A DNA stretch of 64,000 nucleotides from Blasia pusilla (taxonomy: Eukaryota): NCBI GenBank assembly GCA_050084515.1, contig CM114271.1, forward strand, positions 45,198,001-45,262,000. The letters run 5' to 3'. Positions 54,300 through 64,000 of this stretch are shown one piece after another. The position numbers and the translations under genes are program-made. Below the pieces are notes generated by a model. It saw nothing but the letters and a program-made list of their open reading frames with translations, ran no database searches and was not told where the DNA came from. The first letter of the stretch is position 1; the number at the start of each line of letters is the position of its first letter.

Positions 54300-54658
54300 C
54301 ATGAAGAAACCAAACTTCAAATTGGGACAAAAAATATTGTACATCTTAACAATACAACCAGATTGCAACCACAATACAAACGAAATGTATGTGTCAACCA
54401 CTTGATGTGGAAGAGATGTAAGCATAAACTCCTATATCCAAGGAAGCATGAAGAAACCAAACTTCAGATTGGGACAAAAGAGAGTGAACTTCTATATAAT
54501 ACAACCAGATTAATACCATAATAAAAACTCCATGTAAGTGTCAACCAATTGAGGGGGAAGATATGTAAGCATAAACGCTGGAGCCAATTATGCATGAAGA
54601 AACCAAAATTTAGATTGGGATAGAAAAGATTGAACTTGTATATAAACAACCACATTGG
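54300..54658. repeat. ~147-bp tandem repeat, ~2.4 copies
   Basis: CATGAAGAAACCAAA starts at 54300, 54447, 54593. Confidence 0.85.
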
Positions 54659-55018
54659 AACTTTAATAGAGAGTCTTTCATCGTGGTGTTGCCAACTTTT
54701 ATTGATGAACTCAATTGTGTGAAACCCGTTTGTTTGGACAACTCTTCTCTTTCCATAGATTCCATCTCTATGCCCAATGATCCCTTTGACGTTTGTTGTA
54801 GCACCTGCACACATTCCAAAATAACATCAGACCTTAAACGTGACCATTGTTGGATGTGGAATGCGAAGCAAAATTAATTCATATTTTGATTAATCTACCG
54901 TTCAAAGAGTTTAGTAGAAAAAGTAGGGAATGTCAGTATGACTTACATCAAGTCTATCTAGACATGCACGTCCGGTGTAATTTAAAGTCTAAACCTTGGC
55001 CCTTGCTTGAGCCATCTT

Positions 55019-55480
55019 TTATGCCTTCATGTTTCCCTCCTCACAGAGCCAATCATCTACTAAGCGTGCCCATGACTCCTCATCGATATCAGTGTGGCAC
55101 ACGACTGCACGATGAGCCCCATTTAGGGTCCAATAATTCTTGATATTGGACCGTTCAGTTTTCATGAGTAGTGATTTTTTTCTCTTCATGAAATCAAGTG
55201 AAAGATACAAGGCTCCCACATACGTGGATGCCTCAAGTATGTGATTATGGACAGTAGCCATGCTGATAGCATTCTTTTTACTAATCTCAATGCATGACAA
55301 GTCCAAATATCTCATCGCCCATACCTTCAATTCATTTAGCCAAGGCTCATGACTTGGAACTTTAGGTGATGGAACGCCGTTAGGCATGAGCTCGAATCTA
55401 GGCTTTGAGTTTGTATCCTTCCTAATGGATACATTACGTGCCCACAAGTCACGCTTTGTTTGACTCCTTTGTTCTCCTGT
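55019..55480 (-). pseudogene. Second TnpA/Transposase_24-like ORF remnant
   Basis: KPRFE..W..ELKVWA..LDLS..YVG..LS..F.K..MKTER..WARLVDDW; aligns by eye with 48900-49620. Confidence 0.5.
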
Positions 55481-57121
55481 AAAAACATACATCACAATCT
55501 TAAAAGTCATACATCTACCTTGAAAACTCACCGCATCCTAGATCAGTAGAACTCTATAAACAATGATGCCATCCTCCTCTCTTGTTACACATACATTCAG
55601 ATTTTAAGAATCATGTGTAGAACTCTTCAATGACGAGATCGAATATCCACATTCCATAACCATCATCCTAATCCTCCAAAATTAGAATTCTATACTCAAC
55701 ATGCCTTGAAGTCATGCTTTGATCCATCAAGGCTCTCATATAGTTTAACAGAAGCCACAAGATCTGAAATGGTTCAAAGTGTATAATAAAAACTATACAT
55801 CATAACGAGAATGCAAACACCATGCATGTGGTAGAAACAAACAGAAGCAATCTGCTCTCCCACCCTAAAAGAATACAAATTATGTCTCACACATGCATAA
55901 GAAAAAACTTTGTGTACCATTGAGTACAACCAAAGAAATGTGGACTCATACATCCACCATGCCAATTCCCCAGATGCATAAATCTTCACACAACATTATA
56001 GGATTATGTTTGAGCATAAATATTGAGATCTCTATCATTAAATTTATATAACCAATCTATTTTCTTATCCTAAGCCAATCAAATCTGGTATCAAGCAACT
56101 AGAATGCAGCAAACAGAAAAAAAAAATAGAGACCTGAGTTTGAAAAATACAATGAACATGCACACTAAAGATAGTTGTACATTGTTACTTGTAGATGCAG
56201 CTGCTTGTAGGGTTATATCTTCAAATGGGCTTGGAGTTGCACCCAATTAGGACGTAGTATGGTATATTTGGTCATCCACATTCTCGCTTGCCAACGGAGG
56301 CGCTGAAGGTGTTGGGGGCGCTAAATGGGATGGTATGTGCCCCTTCAATCAACATAATACCATTCATGGTTAGGGTTGCCGTGCCAGATTTCAGAAAGCT
56401 AGAATTATAAAATGAAGAAGATGAATGTCCAATTTACTTACCTAGGGTGTAGGGATGGTCATAGAGGATTGAGCTTCGTTAGACCAAGGCGTTGAAACAA
56501 GCTACCGTAACCCATGGGAGACTACATCATCATGGGTACCCACCATGGCATGTGACTTTGCGCCCAAGGGGGGAGAAGGGGGGGAGGGGGGGCGGGTGGG
56601 TGGGTATGGTTGCGTGGGCATCGTGGTTTGCAATACTCTTCACCACACCATCTTCTTTACCTGATTGGGATCCCCAATAGACATTACTTACCAGTGCATT
56701 AGCTTTGGGCAATGAATCAAAGCTACTGAATATGTTGAACAATTCTGGAAGTTCCGCAACAACACGTTGTTTGGTCAGAACTCACACTATATGAGAGTGT
56801 CTCCCCCCTCTCATATGGTACCTTATTCACTTGTTCCTCTCTCTACACCCATCCCAATCTCAAGCACCATCCAACCAAGGCGTAGGGTCTATGGTCGCAA
56901 GGCTAGGACAAGCACTACTTAATGAGTATAGTCCATCTGTGGCTGAACCCTCCTCCCACTCCTTGTTCTCATGAGGTGAATTCACAATATACACAACAAT
57001 AGCATATGCTCATACAAGATGCACCTAATCACACCATAATGTTCATCACATTCAGTAGGCTAAATTCAATACCCAAAGCATGTGCATTGGTAAGTAGAGC
57101 CTATTGAAGAGAGCAGTCTGG

Positions 57122-57328
<207 letters not shown>

Positions 57329-58959
57329 AAACATCTCTCATATCTCTCTTTCTCACAAAATGCTTCAAACATAGAGCCTTAATTCATTTCCCAATCATCT
57401 GTTCTCTCCTTGCAAAGTAGAGCGTGAAACTCATCTCCCTAACCCTGGCAAAAAAAATACCATCCCACTCATATCTAGTCTCCTATTGTGAAATCATAAC
57501 ACACAAAACAAAAGCATATGCTAATATTGATAAGTTGGTCACGCCAGAATGCTTCAACACATTCAGTAGCCTTAATTCATTGCCCAACCCTGCTGCATTC
57601 GTGAGTAGAGCCTATTGAAGATGGTTATAAGGTAGAATCTCCCTCTCTCTTTGGCTGAACCATCATCCCATTCATATCTAGTGACAACACAACACATGGA
57701 GCTAGAGCATTTGTCATAAAAAATACACAAAAATACATAATCCCATGCTAACTTATAGCCTCCAAAGATCAAAATAATTAGTACCAAAATATCTCCAATC
57801 GCCCCCTTAGTTGGTGGTTAGGTCCCTCTAACTCTAGATAGGCATCTATCCCTACCTACCATGACATACATCTTTAGGATGCTAAGAGCAAAAAGGTCGG
57901 GTGCTCATGTGGCCCCATTGATAGTCTCCTTTTTGTCATCCATGTCATAGACATACGTTGAAATCTATAAATACCTATTCTATGTACATCTAGGGCACAT
58001 CCATCGTCCCCGAGAGGTGAGAAGTGGCGTCAGACATGCCATATGCGGCCCTCTCAAACATCCATCATATACTAGCATAGTGGCTGCACCACGAGCGGAA
58101 CCACATAACATACATCGCAAGCCTATAGGAACTATTACTTCACAATCATCTCGTTCTCTCCTTGCAAATCACGTGGAACTCACTCACAACAAGGTACAAA
58201 AAATGGTTACTTACTTGAAATAGTAAGTTCCTCAATATGGATCCAAGTAAGCTGAAACAAAGGGGAAACCTGCTCTCTCTCATTATCCATGCCCTCAGAA
58301 GGTCATCCTTGACCTCCCGAGGATCTCCTCCAATATCTCCAAAGGCGCTCTACTAGATCTTGTCGATCTATATTGTGTTGACATGAGCAAAAATGTGGAT
58401 TGTGGAGCAATGTGTATGCACAAGATATTCATCTTTGAACATCCATGATTATGTATTTTACCTAATACCACAATAATAAGATTTCTTCGTACTTCTTTTA
58501 TTGAACGAGGAACATTTAACCTTGATGCTAAGATATTCCAATTCTTAAAATGATTTGAAAATTCAAACCTCTTCTTCAATATACTTAAGAGGTTACCATA
58601 CTTTTTAAAGTAGGACATATGTCAATAGATTTAGAGTGATGTTCATGATTCTTGCATACAAATGCACAATTTATTTGGATTTTAAATTAGAAGTCTTGAT
58701 GTCCTAAGTTTTCAAATTAAGTTTGTCCAAAGTGTTGATGTTGGCTAGATTTAGAGACAAAAAAAATTTTTGAATGGGATACCTCCTTGGGTACAAAAGT
58801 AGGCAATATTTGTAGATGTAACTCAAAGTTTTGTTCAAATCCCATATTGTCCAAAGGGAGTTAAATTTTGACTGTCTTTGTAGCTTAGTCTTACTAGTAA
58901 TCTTTGGTAATGACATACTTCAATGAAAAAACTCAATAAGCATAATTGATGCAAATGAA

Positions 58960-58999
58960 AAACAAACAAACAAACAAACAAACAAACAAACAAACAAAC
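58960..58999. repeat. (AAAC)10 microsatellite
   Basis: Read directly. Confidence 0.95.
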
Positions 59000-61900
59000 A
59001 AAATATATAATAAAGACAAGTTCACGAGAAAAGCATTTACCTCCTTAAGAAAAATGGGGAAGATAGGCTATATAGATAATAGTAGAGGATGTTCTTATCA
59101 TGGACTTTTTTTTTGGTCTTTACAAATTTTCATTTTTGAATGGGATACCTCCTTGGGTACAAAAAAGATGAGTTTTTTTCCAAAAGAGTTAAATTTTGGT
59201 TGTCTTTGTAGCTTAGTCTTTTTCCTTATTAATTTAGAGTTGAGACAAATAAGACAGATTTTCTTTTCCTTATTATTTTCAGTTATTTCTATTTTTCCAA
59301 CCCCTGTCCCTTTCCCAGTTAGAAGCAAAATCACTAATTTTGATCCTATGTTTCTCTCAAAATATTTTTAAGAAGTCCCTTAGAATTAAATCTTGAAAAT
59401 AAAAAAAGGAATTAAAATCATTTCCATCTTTTTCAAGAATAATGATATTTCCACTTTTCTTTTATTATAATTTTTTTCATTTTTATGAAGAAAGATTTTA
59501 TTTCCCTTCTAATATGAACTTTAAATTAAACTTTTGAGTTAATTCATAAATATTGAAATAGTAAATATATATTTTCAAATAAAAATTAAATTTATTATGA
59601 AAAATACTCACAATTTTTCATAAAGATCATATTTCTTAATTTTTAATTGATTGAAAATAAAAACGTAATTATTAAAACCACTTTTCTATTCAAGTTTTGG
59701 CTTAGTATAGGCAAAATTAAACAAAAATTGAAAGCTTCATACATGGCCTTCATTGGGAGCATCTTATCCATAAACCCTAATGCCCTTAATAGTATGATTG
59801 AAGTTTTAGTTGGAGCCTTCAAGTCATTAAAATCACAAATATAGTCAAATTTGGATCTTAAACAAGTGGGATAGTTTTAGGATACATATTCCCAACGACT
59901 CGTTTGTGAACTTTCTTTTAATCAGTATTGAATTTTCTAAAACCATTAAAAAAATTTATTTATCCAAATTATTTGGAATAAGAAATAATAATTTTACCAA
60001 TTTATTACTTTTTGATGATCCGTGGCTTGACTTTAAGGATTCCATGACATGTATACTAAGAGTGTCTTGTATGAAGACAATTTTCACTTTCCATTACGCT
60101 AACAAAAAAATGTTCATGAACATGAGAAAACTTTTGAATCTATATCATGAAGAGAGTGTGTCTTGTTGATTTCCAATTCCTTATAGAAGTTGATATTTTT
60201 TTCCGTGTATAAGACGAATCTTCCCGCAGCCAAATTTACTAGAGAAACAAATATTTTTGAATATGGATTCAAAATTTATTAACCCATGTAGAAATATTAA
60301 AGGTACTTTAAGAACTCTTGCAACATCCATACAAAATTACCTTTCCTCTATGTTGAAAAGCTTAACTTCATATCATCCTAAGGAAAAGGTAGTTATAAAC
60401 CCTGGACTTGGTCATGCAACAACATGCAAGTCTAAATTATTAAAAAAAACACTTGTACATGATCCGTGCCATGCACAAGGGATATATTTCCCATAAAGTA
60501 CATTTCAAGCGTTATGCATGATTTGAAACATATTTTATTATAGTTCAAAGTGCGATACATGAAATGTTGAGAAAGCTAGACAAAAATAAATAAATTTGTT
60601 TCATAATAATATAGAGTATTTTAAATTTATAATACCTAACAAGATTAACAAGTTTAATTGTGAATAACAAACAATATCTATAATTTTAAACCATATCTTG
60701 TTGAATATTTGTCTCATAAAAGAAAATAAATATTAATGGATTTCAAATCTCCAAACAAATTAAAATTTATTTATATTAGATGGTGGCTTCTTGGTTTATA
60801 ATCATCTCTATACTTGATATTTATTAAAAGGCTATAAGTAACTATTTTTCATAAGATGAATTAACCATTAATTATTCTTTTGAACTCAGAGGCAACATGT
60901 TTATTAGTCATCTAGAGGGCATGGATTGTATGCTCTAATCTATAGAATTAATCAAGGAAAGGCCTAAAAAATACCCTCCTACTACTAACACATATCCCTT
61001 AATGATTCATGTGTGATTAACACTTGTAATTTTATGGGAGGGATTTTAGTTAGGGAAGAAAAAGGAGAGAGTTAAGTTGAGGGCGGAGGACAGTACACAT
61101 CAGAGCAGGGGAGAGAAAGAGGGAAGGAAGGGTAGGAGTGGAGTTTTCATATCATATCTCCCACATCTCATTTATTATCACTTTATCTAACATTGGGCCC
61201 ATACAAATGAGGCACCATAAAGACGTTTTAACAAAAAAATATTATTTTTCTAAACTAATTTACTTATTCTTATAAAACTCTCAATGACATTAGTAGGAGA
61301 GGAGTTTATATAATGGATGATTTTACTACACGATAACGCGAGAAATCACAATAGGTTGGCGGCTCCTAACACTCGCAACATTCAAGATTTTCAAACCATT
61401 AAATCTTTTTTGGACGAGACACTACACCTAGGCTTGTGACTTCAGATTGATTTTGAGGAGTCATCAAATACATGAATATACCTTAATTCAAAGTTGTAAA
61501 GGGTGAAATTTTATCTCCAAGGGCAAGATTTTGTCTCCAAATTGCCACAATGTGGAATGGATCTTGAGTAGGACGGAGTGAAGACTTCTTCCTTAACAAC
61601 TTGCATGGCTTGAATGCCCACATGATATAAAGCATGCATAAAAATCGCCTTCTTAGACCATCAATTGGGATATGGAATTGAAGACGAAGGACCTCAATTG
61701 ATTGATGTGGTATGTATACCAATGTATACTAAAATTATGAATGTATTCCACCGTTTGGATCTATTGTCTTAATAGCACCATTTTTTTGTAATTATTGAAC
61801 AAGTGTAAGTACGCATGAAATTACCAATCTCATGTACGTTATAGAAACTCGACTCATCAATATGTACAGTCATTTTTTTCTAACACCATTATATTTCTGA

Positions 61901-64000
61901 AACTAGTATGATTTGATCCAAGTTTCTAGTTTTTATTTTTGCTAATCAGAGTAATGTTTGCTTTGCAACATATACATCTCATTAATTCATGCCAACATTC
62001 CTATCAACTTGGTTCTACATTATTTTCAGACTATATTTTGGTTTCTTAAAAGATAATGATAAACAATAATTTCTAATTTTCTCCTATAGTTATTATTCTT
62101 TCATCTGTGTCGAATCGATTGTTTTATTCATGATTGTATGAGAATTGTTATTAAAAAAACATCAATAGTAGTCTATCCCTCTTTGTTGCCTTATCCATAG
62201 TTTTCTTTGTGATGTTTGTTTGTTTACTAGTTAGTTCAATTCTTGTAAATTTTTGCATAATCTTCAAATAAATTTATTTGTGCAACCTTATATGTTTCTA
62301 ACTTTGTCCATGTCCCATACTTCTTGGATTTATGATTTTATGTATATTTTGAAATTTTCATCTGTAATTAAATCATTTATTTTATACAAGGTGGATTTAT
62401 CTATATAATAATTGGTGACCACATATGCATAATACGACAAGATAGCGGGATAATAAGACAAAATAGGTAACATCCTTGAAATTTGTTTCCGTAGGCATAT
62501 TAGATGGGTAGAGATAGAACTAAGGAAACCAATAAGGATTTGAGTGGAAAATATTTTTATCAAATAATAATTAATTTAACATTATAATTGATCATTATAA
62601 ATATTAATAGAATGTAATAATCATGATAAATAACCAGAATTCTAGAATTTTTACCTCAATTCATATTTGATAGAAAAAACAAATAAATATTGATTGAATG
62701 AGTAGATTTTGTATAAATTTTATGGAAAGATAAAATTACTAAGAGTATTAGGATAACATTTAAATTTGAATGAAGGATTATAATTACTAAAAAGAGTGAA
62801 ATTCTATTACTCTTCTAAGATTTTAGAAAATATAAATTATCTTTAAAATTTGAAATAAATAGCATGATAATTTTTTTTAATAATCGTATGAATTCACATA
62901 TAATATTTTGTGAAAGGAAAATGAATTTGAATGGAGAAGGAAAATGATTTTGTTAATTAAAATTAGCTTAGATTTTGGTTTGTGAACGTTATTTTGGTGG
63001 GAAGAGTGGAAGGGAAAGAATAGTTATTATTTGAGCTTTTATTGAGGATTGAATTTATTTAGGGGGATGGGAGTTATTTAAAGCTGAAATTTTCTTACTC
63101 TTTCACGATTGAAAAAAGTGGAAATTACACTTAAATTGTAATACTAAATAAAAATTGAAAATTTAAACATAATTTTAGAAAAACGATTAGTGAAACATTT
63201 TTTTCTTGTCCAATTACTACATGTCAATAGTAATTGGTCAAGAAAAAAATGTTTCGCATGTTATGGGCGAGAAGGAAAAAGTTTGAATTTGTGTGAAGCA
63301 TCATTAATCCCCTCACTAACAAAAGCTCTCCAAATTTTATTTTTTTCATGCATCGCACAGGTATCTTACTAGTTTGTTTGCAACTTCTTTCTCTTTGTAG
63401 ACATGAATAAAACACTAAAATTGTAAGACTCTAGATTATCCGAAGTTTCTTTTGAAGCAATTAGTAAGTCACACGTGGATCCGTTGCAATTCTTCTCTCT
63501 TCTCAAATATGTTTTGTGACTAACATCCACGTTATGAATAGAAATTTGAGAAATTTTGTTACTAGGACCCTCCTCTTTGTAATCAAATTTTTTTGTTACA
63601 ACTAATTAATACATGGACAAAATATTTTCACATTCAATCTTTTTGCATGCTAGTGACCTATTTTGATTTGTTCTACTCATTTGTTAGGAAAGAGTATAAA
63701 GGAACATAAGAGAATATAAATAACAATCATATGAAATGGCAATACCAACTCAGAAGCCACTAGAATAATATAATTGACGAGTCATGTAAGCTGAAATTTG
63801 GAAGATCTTACCCACTTTGGACATAAATTATTCCTAAAGAGGGAGGAGAAGCAAAGATTTGGTTTCAAATTTCATGGAGAAATTCAACACTTTCCATTAG
63901 GAATTGGTTTCTCATATAAGAGAATACTAGGCTACTAGCATAATGCCCTTGCTAAGCACAGGTGAAAATCAGCGTGAGGGAAAAGCCATTTGTTAAGTCT

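Overview
Repeat-rich eukaryotic nuclear DNA, very probably a land plant and plausibly a non-seed plant (TTTAGGG teloboxes, plant GGP gene with its conserved uORF); the species cannot be determined. The only intact host gene is a 7-exon GDP-L-galactose phosphorylase (VTC2/GGP, 21174-24179 +). Its conserved ACG-initiated uORF is unusually long here and overlaps the main start codon. Most of the remaining recognisable sequence is decayed transposons: hAT, Copia, Helitron, CACTA and microsatellites. The stand-out is an ~11 kb Ty3/gypsy LTR retrotransposon (26605-37555, - strand). Its pol frame reads protease - C5 DNA methyltransferase (conserved motifs I, IV-VI, VIII-X) - RT - RNase H - integrase - PHD finger. 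It has a Tf1-like self-priming PBS and an odd 3' terminus in which the LTR sits between two copies of a short TG..CA unit. A second candidate novelty is a tRNA-like structure lacking an anticodon arm, plus a long hairpin, directly behind the hAT transposase stop codon. All calls come from reading motifs by eye; no database search was run.
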